From assembly GCA_045613865.1 (NCBI GenBank), contig JAZLBT010000013.1, positions 26,846-90,845 on the forward strand: DNA of 64,000 nucleotides. Reading direction: 5' to 3'. This document shows positions 50,501 through 59,674 of the stretch, piece by piece. The stretch's first letter is position 1. Each line of letters begins with the position of its first letter. The stretch is from Candidatus Spyradenecus sp. (GTDB lineage Bacteria > Verrucomicrobiota > Kiritimatiellia > RFP12 > DVOR01). Below the pieces are notes generated by a model. The model was not told where the DNA came from and searched no databases. It was given only the letters and a program-made list of their open reading frames with translations. Both the position numbers and the translations under genes were made by a program.

Positions 50501-51109
50501 CTCCTCAAACTTCTTTTCCGTTGCGAATTTTTGAATTTCATAACATACTCCATCCGTAGGGAAAAACGTAAGAGCAAAATGCCACCCACTCTTATCCTCA
50601 GGATCGAGCGCCTGTATTTTCTTTAAAATATCTCCTGTGAAAACAGGTGCTTTTGCACGCCACTCTCCCACATTCTCCTGCAACACACGATACATCTGCC
50701 CAAGAGAATCGACTGTATTTGTTGCGAGATAAGAATCAAAAAGCTTCTCTCGCATTCGCCCCTCTGCAATTGCAATCTTCAAATCTTCCTTCGTTGTTGT
50801 AGCAGACAATCCCTCAACAAGATAAACACAACGCCCAGCAGAATTAAAATACCCCACCGCTGGCAATCGTTCCACCGAAATCCGAAATTTATCTAACGTC
50901 GCATCTTTCTTCGTTCCCTTAGGTTGCACATCTGGCATATCCACAATTACTGTTGAAACACCTACTGTCTTTTGGAAATCTGCATCTTGCCACAAAGTTT
51001 GTACGTGAGGCGAAATTTGACACCAATCACTCCCCGTATAAAGCACTGCATGTTGCGCAAAAAGTGGAAGAGTGAAACAGCTCACCAAAAGTAAGAAAAA
51101 AATCTTCAT
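47531..51109 (-). CDS. Large secreted multidomain protein: transglutaminase-like cysteine-protease core + PA14 domain + C-terminal F5/8 discoidin domain.
   Basis: Signal peptide MKIFFLLLVSCFTLPLFA (start taken at 51109). Transglutaminase-like Cys/His core (GGVCGSLSHYG…RAHGLPATTGG…AHCAY). PA14 (VDVRSDDGARLWIDGKPV…RFELRYFNFNYGAGLEV). Discoidin-like C-terminus. Confidence 0.6.
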   Translation of the reverse strand: MKIFFLLLVSCFTLPLFAQHAVLYTGSDWCQISPHVQTLWQDADFQKTVGVSTVIVDMPDVQPKGTKKDATLDKFRISVERLPAVGYFNSAGRCVYLVEGLSATTTKEDLKIAIAEGRMREKLFDSYLATNTVDSLGQMYRVLQENVGEWRAKAPVFTGDILKKIQALDPEDKSGWHFALTFFPTDGVCYEIQKFATEKKFEEGEARIAEIKAKPQEQLTLNQRQAIALLPFVLYKDVPAKREACVEVLKQVVAMGTETHFGAGALGYLCMWGEGPVAVPYGWRAKHVSTGTNKWTVSTGIKRYISGPGRYAINIKRTKGSGKMSLVSLTGNCLSLETSFEKPVDLVLHEGKDIIFETTLEGPMLNFILDVENPTENEGAITIRRVMPLREVLEEKVDLKPYQIKPRDPIVKRYAWTVLKESTFEKILAREGGASFLKAFFDNQVWMEDFFASGDPSTTWDNALLALDAIYYHSFKETMPTDADLRWATAAALNAQEDPSDVFYALQVLLQTRKELLLIKGMDDLRVDQMRFVFATSQGDAASMAWIVKQHHVSPSDYAGVCWFAAYRVHNFFGDSIHGPIYYRPWDHVYVRHETARKIGGVCGSLSHYGCMAARAHGLPATTGGQPAHCAYNLWQPRMLRWEIDYNVNPYTGAHFLPWKNVYSFSMLDLQNELFAHSKYRDSMRALWTAEILRGQLTATPKLSPMKCVAYAWQGKELPKSLALLEVLGRWEAVENFAINRVQKDYVCYVWKGTLTMPQTGEVMVDVRSDDGARLWIDGKPVAGEDGVHAMRGTSKTLKLKKGVHRFELRYFNFNYGAGLEVSVEPVEKVNKKVLGLYRLSGKLCPVNLHTWRAYANYLKKCGTFKDARAEWVRFAKLTARGMGHHLEPVWDLIHREILPTIEQLLKKEEVAKILIDLHRLMKQGEHETAEFCDYERILNDHEKRLSGKSQVFDLFNAVLTAQFGTRDAFGRVIRWGSGRFLEDKDYASRYIAALNEILDKEDGAGDVLGKYVRDAIIGASNAQNIAAFQSLCDLQDRLKPVDRAVLFNEEEAKQWGYLCSANGLLRISSTSQWDHPSAYRHVIDDKVETDAFHTREEVGPWAEVELAGPSEVSRVFLKNTTGNIARLVPFVVEVSEDGKKWQTVVEEATAKRDYTYTFPPVKGQYVRVRCTGANKTFLHLRKMMIYGKKLY

Positions 51110-51113
51110 CCCA

Positions 51114-51959
51114 TTACTCCACATTAATACGGACTTGAACCTCATAATTACGAGACTTCAAATACGTGGTTGAGATACCGCTAATTGAGCGCACCTGGCG
51201 ACACGCAGCTAAAACTTCGTTATCATGTGTTGCGTTTCCCGATGATGACGCGAGGGAAATCGATGCAATCATACCAGGTGACCCACCCTTACGAAAAAGA
51301 ACCTTCACAACAGGCGCACGCCCCCCTACTGGCTCAATTCCAGCCTCTTGGCAACGACGTTTAAACTCTGCCTGAATAAGTCCTGCGACACGCGATGCTT
51401 CATTTGGTGGAATTTGATTCTTATTCCCAACCTTTGCACCTGCACCTAAGAGTTTTTGGACCTCTTCATCCGACAACTTTTTCTGCGTTGCAACCTTTGT
51501 TACATCCTTTTTACCTGTTGTGATTGGTCCCACACGCTTCCCAATTTGAATTTTGGGCTTCGGTTTATCTTTAGGCTTATTTACCGGTTTCGGCTTTTCC
51601 TTTGGAGGTTCAACCTTTTTCTCTTTTGGTTTCTCTTGAGGCGGCTTTGGAGGTTCAATTCGCACCTCTTCCACAGGATCAGGTAATGGAGGTGGCGGAG
51701 GAACAACCTCCTCAATTTTTGGCTCCGGTTTTGGCTCTGGTTCCGGTTCTGGTTCTGGCTCTACAATATCATTTGGCTCCTCCGCCAAGACATCTGCAGC
51801 ATTTTCCTCCATAACCACAAGAAACTCCATTGGAACAATCTTCTCCTCTGACGTTGAAGAACATCCATTTCCCGTTCCAATAAACAACCAAGCAAAAAGG
51901 AGGAAATTAATCCCCACAGACAAACCATAATATAGCTTATTATCTTTACTTTCCATCAT
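51114..51959 (-). CDS. tonB: TonB family energy-transducer protein.
   Basis: N-terminal TM anchor, (EP)n/(KP)n proline-rich spacer, and a C-terminal TonB domain pattern (…VVKVLFRKGGSPGMIASISLASSSGNATHDNEVLAACRQV…). Confidence 0.75.
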   Translation of the reverse strand: MMESKDNKLYYGLSVGINFLLFAWLFIGTGNGCSSTSEEKIVPMEFLVVMEENAADVLAEEPNDIVEPEPEPEPEPKPEPKIEEVVPPPPPLPDPVEEVRIEPPKPPQEKPKEKKVEPPKEKPKPVNKPKDKPKPKIQIGKRVGPITTGKKDVTKVATQKKLSDEEVQKLLGAGAKVGNKNQIPPNEASRVAGLIQAEFKRRCQEAGIEPVGGRAPVVKVLFRKGGSPGMIASISLASSSGNATHDNEVLAACRQVRSISGISTTYLKSRNYEVQVRINVE

Positions 51960-52291
51960 AGGACTATTATACCATGAATCTTTTCCAAATAAAATAGCTT
52001 TTTTTACTAGTAAAAGATGGGACTTATATTAGACGATCATACGCATTTGATATGTTAACATGATAAAAATATATTCCGTACGTCTTTCAAAAAAGCACCC
52101 TTTAATAGACAAAAAAATACACAACCTATTACATCTAAAATCTTCGCTAACAACCAATGAATCGTATACTTTTCTCTTCTTTTTATTCAAAAAAAAGAAA
52201 ATGGAGAAAGATTTGTAAAAATATTTCATCTAGAAGCCTCTTTTTTTTGGTAAAATAGATACCAAGTAAGCGATGGTACTGGAGCAGTATA

Positions 52292-53812
52292 ATGAGACCA
52301 ATCGGTTTTGATAATGAATTATATTTAAAACATCAAGCAGAAGGCTTGATGGAACGTGCAAAGACATTTGGCAATAAGCTCTATCTTGAATTTGGTGGTA
52401 AGCTAATGTATGACTACCACGCAGCACGTGTTCTCCCTGGATATGACCCGAATGTTAAGTTACGATTATTACGTTCTCTCGGTAATAATGCTGAGATTAT
52501 TCTTTGCGTTTACGCAGAAGATATTGAACGTAAAAAAATGCGCGCAGACTTTGGCATTTCATACGATGATGATGCACTGAAGCTTATTGATAGCCTACGT
52601 GCATGGGACATTCATGTGTGTGCTGTTGTCATCACACGTTTTGAAGGTCAACCTGCGGCATTACAATTTCGCAACAAGCTTGAAGCGCGTGGTATAACAG
52701 TAAAATTACATCGCGCTGTCCCAGGATATCCATCGAATCTTGATCTTGTCGTCTCTGACGATGGTTATGGCGCGAACGAATATGTACAGACAACACGTCC
52801 TATTGTTGTCGTCACAGGACCTGGGCCAGGTTCTGGAAAATTGGCGACATGTTTAACAATGTTGTATCACGATCGTATGCAAGGACGTGCTGCGGGGTAT
52901 GCAAAGTTTGAAACATTTCCTGTTTGGGATTTACCATTAAAACATCCTGTAAACCTTGCTTATGAAGCTGCAACAGCAGATCTCGGCGATATTAACATGA
53001 TTGACCCCTTCCATCTTGAGGCATATGGGGAAATTTCTGTTAATTACAATCGCGATGTAGACGCATTTCCGCTTTTGCGTGAAATTTGGACGCGTTTGGA
53101 TGCAAGTGGCCAGTGTCCTTATAAAAGCCCCACGGACATGGGGGTTAATTGCATTAGTAAAGGCATTATCGATGAAACGGTTTGTGTCGAAGCTGCGAAG
53201 CAAGAAGTTATTCGTCGTTACTTCCGCTATTTGTCTGATGCCGTTGCCAAGGGGTCTTCAGACAAACGTCCTGTTGAAATTATGCAAAACCTTATGCAAC
53301 AGCTTAGTCTCACACCTGAATGCCGACCTACGGTTATCCCCGCACGTCAGGCTGCGAATGAAGCCTCTGAGCGTCATACCCTTGAAGGTGTAAGCTGTGG
53401 TGCTGCAATGTCATTACCAGACGGAACTATTATTCGTGGACGCAACTCTTCGTGTTTACATGCCGCAGCATCTACGGTACTCAATGCTGCGAAAACACTT
53501 GCTGGTATTGATCATGACAAACACTTACTTGCACCAGAAACAATTAACAGCGTAATGCATATGAAGCAAGGCATCCTCAAGGGTAAATATGGCTCACTCA
53601 ATCTTGATGAGACCCTTGTTGCACTTGCCATTTGTGCGGCTTCTGACGAACATGCAAAATTAGCACTTGAGCAACTCGTTCATTTGCGCGATTGTGAAAT
53701 GCACCTCTCGCATATGTTGACACCAGGTGATGAAGCGGGCCTTCGTCGTCTCGGAATTCGCGCAACGAACGACCCTCTTTTCGCAACAGCGGAACTTTTT
53801 GTTGATGCCTAA
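52292..53812 (+). CDS. UPF0371 / DUF1846 family protein.
   Basis: Family-typical N-terminus (…KLYLEFGGKLMYDYHAARVLPGYDPNVK…). About 500 aa. Confidence 0.55.
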   Translation: MRPIGFDNELYLKHQAEGLMERAKTFGNKLYLEFGGKLMYDYHAARVLPGYDPNVKLRLLRSLGNNAEIILCVYAEDIERKKMRADFGISYDDDALKLIDSLRAWDIHVCAVVITRFEGQPAALQFRNKLEARGITVKLHRAVPGYPSNLDLVVSDDGYGANEYVQTTRPIVVVTGPGPGSGKLATCLTMLYHDRMQGRAAGYAKFETFPVWDLPLKHPVNLAYEAATADLGDINMIDPFHLEAYGEISVNYNRDVDAFPLLREIWTRLDASGQCPYKSPTDMGVNCISKGIIDETVCVEAAKQEVIRRYFRYLSDAVAKGSSDKRPVEIMQNLMQQLSLTPECRPTVIPARQAANEASERHTLEGVSCGAAMSLPDGTIIRGRNSSCLHAAASTVLNAAKTLAGIDHDKHLLAPETINSVMHMKQGILKGKYGSLNLDETLVALAICAASDEHAKLALEQLVHLRDCEMHLSHMLTPGDEAGLRRLGIRATNDPLFATAELFVDA

Positions 53813-53840
53813 ATATTCTAACACACGAAAGGAATTCAAC

Positions 53841-54425
53841 ATGAAAAAATCCACCCTCCTTGCTTTAGTTGCACTACTCGGTGTTTCTATTGCGTCTACA
53901 AATGCGTTTGCAGATAATGATTGTGCCGTTTGCAAGGCAGCAAAGAATCATCCAAATGCACCCGTAGCACCAAAAAACATCTCTCTCACACCTACAGCAA
54001 GAAAAACGCTTGAAGCAAATCTTTTACCCGCTGATCCAGCTCTTTGGGTAAAAGGTGCTCCAATCCAACAATGGGAACCCAATACACTTTATCTTTTAGA
54101 ATTTTGGGCCTCATGGTGTCGTCCCTGTCGTGAAGCTATCCCACATATACAACAGTTAAATGAAGCTATGCAGGGAAAAGGCTTTAAAATTATTGGTGTC
54201 AATCTTGATCACGGCTATACACCTGAAAAAGCACGCGACTTCCTCATTCGCCAACCCATTCAACCCTCTTATGATTTAGTGCTCGGCATTAACTCAGGAC
54301 TTGTTCAAGCTGTTCAGCCCCGAGGGATTCCACATGGTGTAATCGTTAAGAATGGTGAAATCATTTGGGCAGGTCACCCCGTATCTCTTACAGTTGATAA
54401 GATTAAAGAACTTCAAAACAAATAA
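53841..54425 (+). CDS. Secreted TlpA/ResA-like thiol:disulfide oxidoreductase (thioredoxin fold).
   Basis: Start moved to MKKSTLL, which has an AGGAA RBS. Signal peptide. WASWCRPC active site. Confidence 0.75.
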   Translation: MKKSTLLALVALLGVSIASTNAFADNDCAVCKAAKNHPNAPVAPKNISLTPTARKTLEANLLPADPALWVKGAPIQQWEPNTLYLLEFWASWCRPCREAIPHIQQLNEAMQGKGFKIIGVNLDHGYTPEKARDFLIRQPIQPSYDLVLGINSGLVQAVQPRGIPHGVIVKNGEIIWAGHPVSLTVDKIKELQNK

Positions 54426-54441
54426 TTAAGGAGTATATCTC

Positions 54442-54975
54442 ATGGAATTAAAAGGTAGCAAGACAGAAAAGAACTTGTGGGATGCCTTTGCTGGCGAATC
54501 ACAAGCACGTAACAAGTATTCTTATTTTGCATCTGTAGCAAAAAAAGAAGGCTATGTTCAAATCTCTAAGATTTTTGAAGAGACTGCCAACAACGAAAAA
54601 GAACATGCTAAATTATGGTTTAAGCACCTTCAGGGCATTGGTTCCACAATTGAAAACTTGAAGTGCGCTGCCGCTGGCGAAAATTATGAATGGACGGATA
54701 TGTACAAGCGCATGGCCGAAGAAGCCGAAGAAGAAGGCTTTAAGGAAATCGCTGCACAAATGCGCGCTGTAGCTGCTGTTGAAGCACGTCATGAAGAACG
54801 TTATAACGCTTTGGCAAAGAATATTGAAACCGGCGAAGTTTTCGTTCGCTCTGGTAAGAATCGTTGGGAATGCTTGAACTGCGGTGCTATCGTTATCAGT
54901 GAAAAAGCTCCTGAAATGTGCCCCGTTTGTAAGCATCCTAAGGCTTACTTCGCACTTGAAGCTCAAAACTATTAA
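54442..54975 (+). CDS. rbr: Rubrerythrin.
   Basis: Ferritin-like diiron domain (E…EH…E…EARH) plus C-terminal rubredoxin-like CxxC…CxxC. Confidence 0.85.
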   Translation: MELKGSKTEKNLWDAFAGESQARNKYSYFASVAKKEGYVQISKIFEETANNEKEHAKLWFKHLQGIGSTIENLKCAAAGENYEWTDMYKRMAEEAEEEGFKEIAAQMRAVAAVEARHEERYNALAKNIETGEVFVRSGKNRWECLNCGAIVISEKAPEMCPVCKHPKAYFALEAQNY

Positions 54976-55041
54976 GCTTTGTAGTTCTTACACGGATGAA
55001 GCTCTTTCGTGTAAAACCTAAAAGCCGTTTGCGCTTATCTC

Positions 55042-55069
55042 TTGAGGCACGCTGAAAGGCGTGCCTCAA
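55042..55069. other. Perfect 11-bp stem-loop (TTGAGGCACGC-TGAAAG-GCGTGCCTCAA) downstream of rubrerythrin, without a U-tract.
   Basis: Read directly. A weaker 7-bp hairpin lies at 54988-55014. Confidence 0.5.
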
Positions 55070-55091
55070 ATAGCAAAAGAGGAGACACCCC

Positions 55092-56693
55092 ATGTTTGAT
55101 ACTATTTATCGCCAAGCGACCATCTATGATGGTTCAGGACAAATACCTTTTGTTGCAGACGTTGGAATTAAAGGTGATAAAATTCATACTATAGGTGACC
55201 TCTCACAAACACACGCACACCTTGAACGAGACGCTCGTGGACTTTGGCTTACACCAGGCTTTATTGATGCGCACACACATTCAGACGCCTTTCTACTGAT
55301 TGAACCCTACGCACCAAGTAAACTTACACAGGGTGTTACAACGGAAGTCTGTGGTCAATGCGGAGGAAGTGCTGCGCCTCGTCTCAATGGAGCAAAATTG
55401 CCTTCTGATTGGGAAGCACTCACCTACCCCGAACGACAAGGACGTGAAACACAAGGCCCCAACTGGGACACCGTTGCAGATTATCGTTCCTGCCTTGAAC
55501 GCGCCCGCCCCGCCGTTAACATCCTTCTTTTTGCAGGACATAACACACTCCGTAAAGGTGTAATGGGAAATGCGCCTCGTGCAGCAACCAATGATGAATG
55601 CCGGCAAATGATTTACAACCTTGAACAAGCACTTGATGAGGGTGCTTGGGGGTTAACAACAGGCCTTGTTTATCATCCTGGCATCCATAGCACACGTGAA
55701 GAAGTTTTACAACTCACACAAGCATGCGCCCGCCGTGGAGGGATGTATGCGACCCATATGCGAAGCGAGGGAGACAAACTTCTTGAAGCAATAGATGAAG
55801 TTTTTGATCTCGTCAAAGAAACAGGGATTCATACTGAAATCTCGCACTTAAAAACTTCGGGTAAAGAAAATTGGAAGAAACTCCCCGAGGTCTTAAATAA
55901 AATAGAATCCATGCGTGAAGCGGGTTATCATATCTATGCAGATCGTTATCCCTATCTTTCCGCAGGAACCGATCTTGATATTCTTCTTCCCGATTGGGCA
56001 GCAGCAGGCGGCCAACCCGCAATTCTCGCTCGACTTAAAAATACGACCGACACAACGAAAATCATAGAAGAATTAAATAAAACAACCGCACATCGTGCAG
56101 CGGATATTATGGTTGGTGGAACCTGGCACGAAACAACAAAACCTCTTTCAGGAAAAACAATTAAAGAAATCATGGCATTGTGGTCCTGTTCTTTTGGAGA
56201 AGCCATTATTCGTATTCTCCAAGCAGACCAATCACGCACTGGCGGTTTCTTCTTTGGAATGAGTGAAAGCAACTTACATACGATTCTTTCGCAGCCATGG
56301 GTTATGCCTGGATCTGACGCATCCCTTCGTGCACCATGGGGACCATTAGGAAAAGATTGGCCTCATCCCCGCGCGTATGGTACAATGCCACGCTTCTTCC
56401 ATCTTTTAACAACACAATTAAAGTATACTCCACAAGAAGCCATTCGACGTATGACTGCTTTACCTGCAGAAGCCTTTGGTATTAAAAAGCGTGGCAAAAT
56501 TAAAGAAGGTTATTACGCAGACCTTGTTTTACTTACCCCCGAAACATGGAAAGACCGTTCCACCTACGATAATCCTCATCAATTCTCTACCGGTGTTGAT
56601 ACTGTTATGGTTAATGGGGCTCCCGTTTTCATGCATGGGAAAATCAATAATGCTACACAACGCAATGGACGATTCCTCTCTCGTGTAGATTAA
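55092..56693 (+). CDS. N-acyl-D-amino-acid deacylase (D-aminoacylase) family amidohydrolase.
   Basis: GFIDAHTHSD metal-binding motif. 533 aa. D-aminoacylase-like C-terminal beta-barrel region. Confidence 0.7.
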   Translation: MFDTIYRQATIYDGSGQIPFVADVGIKGDKIHTIGDLSQTHAHLERDARGLWLTPGFIDAHTHSDAFLLIEPYAPSKLTQGVTTEVCGQCGGSAAPRLNGAKLPSDWEALTYPERQGRETQGPNWDTVADYRSCLERARPAVNILLFAGHNTLRKGVMGNAPRAATNDECRQMIYNLEQALDEGAWGLTTGLVYHPGIHSTREEVLQLTQACARRGGMYATHMRSEGDKLLEAIDEVFDLVKETGIHTEISHLKTSGKENWKKLPEVLNKIESMREAGYHIYADRYPYLSAGTDLDILLPDWAAAGGQPAILARLKNTTDTTKIIEELNKTTAHRAADIMVGGTWHETTKPLSGKTIKEIMALWSCSFGEAIIRILQADQSRTGGFFFGMSESNLHTILSQPWVMPGSDASLRAPWGPLGKDWPHPRAYGTMPRFFHLLTTQLKYTPQEAIRRMTALPAEAFGIKKRGKIKEGYYADLVLLTPETWKDRSTYDNPHQFSTGVDTVMVNGAPVFMHGKINNATQRNGRFLSRVD

Positions 56694-56731
56694 ATATAAA
56701 TTGCACAATTACTCCTGCAGTCATAACATCT

Positions 56732-56764
56732 AAAAAAAAGGCGCCCCGAAGGACGCCTTTTTTG
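56732..56764. terminator. Bidirectional terminator between convergent genes.
   Basis: The hairpin AGGCG…CGCCT is flanked by an A8 run on one side and a T7 run on the other. Confidence 0.65.
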
Positions 56765-56783
56765 TTGATTGAGTTTGGGAAGA

Positions 56784-58706
56784 TTAAAGATCGCCAAGAC
56801 CTTCAATCTCAACACCGCCTTCGTCCTGCACCTGGACCTTGACTTCTTCTTCAATCTTCGTCAAAGCACCCTTTGCAAGAGGCGAGTAGCGATAGTATGC
56901 CATCAACTGCAATGCGGTGAAGCAACCACCGAGCACACGGTTATCACCGTCGCCATCTTGGTTAATCCACGAGCTGTGCGAGGCCATGTCGACGTTGAGC
57001 AACTTCTCGACAGGGATGCCATTACGCTTACCATCCTTGGTTGCCTTATCCTTCATGAGACGATCCTTGTCGGACATCTTCTTGCCGCCAAAGGTGGTTG
57101 CACCTTCAGCAAGGCCCCAATAGGTAATATACTGCGGTTTACCGTTGTGATCTTTATAACCCGACTCTTCTGCAGGGATGTTAATCGCTGCAGCGGTGTA
57201 GAGACGCTGTTGCTTCACGTGCCAATCATTCCAAGCCTTAGACTTTTCACCCTGATTATAGCGCACCTGCGAGAGGTAATAGCAATAATACTGAGGCGAG
57301 TTACCCGCTTGCTTCTTTGCGCCAGAACCAGCGCCCGTCGGCATATGATCCTTTTCGAATGCAGGCTCCCACCCGTTCATATAAGTAAGCGCCTTTTTGC
57401 AGTCGGGGTGATCTGCCTGGTCAAGCATCTGAAGGATAAGTGCACAAGCCGCCGTCAAACCGGGATACTGATTCTTACGCGTATTCACATAACCGAAAGA
57501 GCCATCCTGATTCATCACTTGACGAATACCCTTTGTGGACTTCTTCAATGCTTCAACCACGCGATCCCTACCATCCGGTCCAGGCACATGAATCTTTGCA
57601 AGCTTTGCAGCCTTCAACGCCTGAACAGCCCAACTTGTGAAGGAGGAGTCTTCCTGGTCCTTGCCGGGATATTTCGGGAAGAAGTTGTAGTACCAACCAC
57701 CATTCGGCGTCTGACCATCCAAGATTGGAGGAAGTGCGAGAAGCACCGCCTGCTTCACTTCAGGAATATTGGTCATTGCATACGCTTCAGCGAGTGCATA
57801 CACGGCCACCATCTGGTCATAGTTCGTCTTACAGCGATGACGGAAGTAACCCACTTGGTCGTCACGCATGTCATGATAACCTTCAGGCTTGTTGCCACCC
57901 TTTTGCTTCTGACACTGACTCTTGTCGGTGATTTGATCCTTTAAGAGACCTTCGATTGCACGACGAACAACGTCATCGAATTCACCTGTTTCACTCATAC
58001 CCGGAACTTCACCGTGTGCGAGGAAGCAGAGAAGTGCAATTGCAGAAGTACCTGTGCTCTTATCCCAAAGACCCGTATTCTTGTCTTGACGCAACGCCAA
58101 GAAGCGCAAGAAGCCAACAACATACTGTTCCGAGCGAACACCTTTGAGGCTACCGAGCTTTTCACCACGCACACCAGGATTACGTGAGGTTGGCACGTTA
58201 ATCTTCACGAGCGAAGGAGTTTCAAGCACAGAGTCAAATGGTGCAGGTTGAGGCGACTGTTCGACAGAGGTCGTTGGCGGTGCTTCAATATCAATTTCCA
58301 CATCAACTTCAACAGGCTCTTCGAGCTCAGGCATCTCTTCCGGTGGTTCCGGCGGTTCTTCCTCGAGCTCTTCTGGCGGAACTTCTTCAATCACCTTGGT
58401 TTCAAACTTTGCCACCTTTTCTGGCGGTTGAAATTTGACCACAAGCATTGCGAGAATTGCGAGACCCACAATTGCAATAGCTGCGATAGGAGCACCCAAA
58501 CGTTGCAATTCAATCATTGCCTTTTTACGTTCGAGCGAATCCTTCGGTGCCTTAAAGCCCTTAATCATATCAATGATACGACGAAGATACGAGCGTTCCG
58601 TTTCTTCAAAGAGCTTCAGCAATTCGTCTTTATTATCGATATCTGCCATAACAACACCTCTTACATTGTCATGATGGCCAAGTTTGTCATGCCATATTTG
58701 CTGCAA
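56784..58706 (-). CDS. TonB-like N-terminal module (TM anchor + Glu/Pro-rich spacer) fused to a prenyltransferase/terpene-cyclase-like (alpha/alpha-toroid QW-repeat) domain. Last gene of the exbBD operon.
   Basis: Transmembrane helix IAAIAIVGLAILAMLVV, then the EEVPPEELEEEPPEPPEEMPELEEP spacer. C-terminal ~450 aa carry repeated QxxDG(S/G)(F/W) motifs (QTPNGGWYY, NQDGSFGY). The probable start is internal, near 58649. Confidence 0.5.
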   Translation of the reverse strand: MQQIWHDKLGHHDNVRGVVMADIDNKDELLKLFEETERSYLRRIIDMIKGFKAPKDSLERKKAMIELQRLGAPIAAIAIVGLAILAMLVVKFQPPEKVAKFETKVIEEVPPEELEEEPPEPPEEMPELEEPVEVDVEIDIEAPPTTSVEQSPQPAPFDSVLETPSLVKINVPTSRNPGVRGEKLGSLKGVRSEQYVVGFLRFLALRQDKNTGLWDKSTGTSAIALLCFLAHGEVPGMSETGEFDDVVRRAIEGLLKDQITDKSQCQKQKGGNKPEGYHDMRDDQVGYFRHRCKTNYDQMVAVYALAEAYAMTNIPEVKQAVLLALPPILDGQTPNGGWYYNFFPKYPGKDQEDSSFTSWAVQALKAAKLAKIHVPGPDGRDRVVEALKKSTKGIRQVMNQDGSFGYVNTRKNQYPGLTAACALILQMLDQADHPDCKKALTYMNGWEPAFEKDHMPTGAGSGAKKQAGNSPQYYCYYLSQVRYNQGEKSKAWNDWHVKQQRLYTAAAINIPAEESGYKDHNGKPQYITYWGLAEGATTFGGKKMSDKDRLMKDKATKDGKRNGIPVEKLLNVDMASHSSWINQDGDGDNRVLGGCFTALQLMAYYRYSPLAKGALTKIEEEVKVQVQDEGGVEIEGLGDL

Positions 58707-59092
58707 CTGTTAAGCACTTGAATTAACGTTTCATGCTTTGAGTCACGCGAACACTTGATGACAACATTGGATTTTTTGTTGTTACGAGCAACACGTTCAA
58801 ACGCAGCATCAAATTGAGCAAGCGAAGCGAAGGGGCGCTTATTTAACATAATACCGCAGCCCGGTTGCGTCTTCTTGTTGTAAACAACAATATCGATGCT
58901 TTCAATTTGTTCTGTCGAGGAAGAGGAGCTATTACCCGAGGGTGCAAGTGCATCAAGGTAAGCGAGTACGTCTTCCTGTTTGAGCGTCACGACGAAGAAG
59001 ATGATGAGCTGGAACACAACGTCAATCATTGGCGTCATGTCGAGTGCGACATCTTCAGAAGGTTTACGTCTACTTTTTTTAGCCATCGTCAA
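58661..59092 (-). CDS. exbD: Biopolymer transport protein ExbD/TolR (copy 2).
   Basis: DMTPMIDVVFQLIIFFVV N-terminal transmembrane motif. About 140 aa. Confidence 0.8.
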   Translation of the reverse strand: MTMAKKSRRKPSEDVALDMTPMIDVVFQLIIFFVVTLKQEDVLAYLDALAPSGNSSSSSTEQIESIDIVVYNKKTQPGCGIMLNKRPFASLAQFDAAFERVARNNKKSNVVIKCSRDSKHETLIQVLNSCSKYGMTNLAIMTM

Positions 59093-59098
59093 CCTCCC

Positions 59099-59587
59099 TT
59101 ACTTCTTATTTTTGCTACGCGACTCAGCCGATTCCTTCATACCAAAGAAGGAAAACTTCCAAAGTCGTTGCATTTGGCAGATATCCATCAAGCGACGCAC
59201 ATCCTTGTGGTCGGTATTTTTATCTGCACGGATCATAACAGGGACATTATTGCCGCGGCGCTTAACGATTTGCTGAAGGATCGCCGCCAATTGGCTATCG
59301 CTAACGACAGCACCATTGACAGAAATACAGCATCCCTTACCAGTGAAGAACTCGGTTGCCTTGCTATAGGTCATGACTTCGAGGACGACAGGCGCATTAT
59401 CCTTATACTCATCCTGCTTGAATTCGGGACCATCCTTAGCATCGGCGAGCACGATATCAGGGTTGACTGATTCAGCCGTCTTAAGCGTCACGACGAAGAA
59501 GATAATGAGCTGGAACACAACGTCAATCATTGGCGTCATATCCAAATTCGCACTATCATTTTGTCGTTTAGATTTTTTCTTTGCCAT
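59099..59587 (-). CDS. exbD: Biopolymer transport protein ExbD/TolR (copy 1).
   Basis: Same N-terminal motif. The first ~55 nt of the ExbD core are almost identical to copy 2. Confidence 0.8.
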   Translation of the reverse strand: MAKKKSKRQNDSANLDMTPMIDVVFQLIIFFVVTLKTAESVNPDIVLADAKDGPEFKQDEYKDNAPVVLEVMTYSKATEFFTGKGCCISVNGAVVSDSQLAAILQQIVKRRGNNVPVMIRADKNTDHKDVRRLMDICQMQRLWKFSFFGMKESAESRSKNKK

Positions 59588-59674
59588 AGGAGAATCTCCA
59601 GATGAAATGGTTTACCGTAGAAACTACGAGTACAACGAGATGCACCGCATTTAGCGATGCCTCTTCATCACGGA

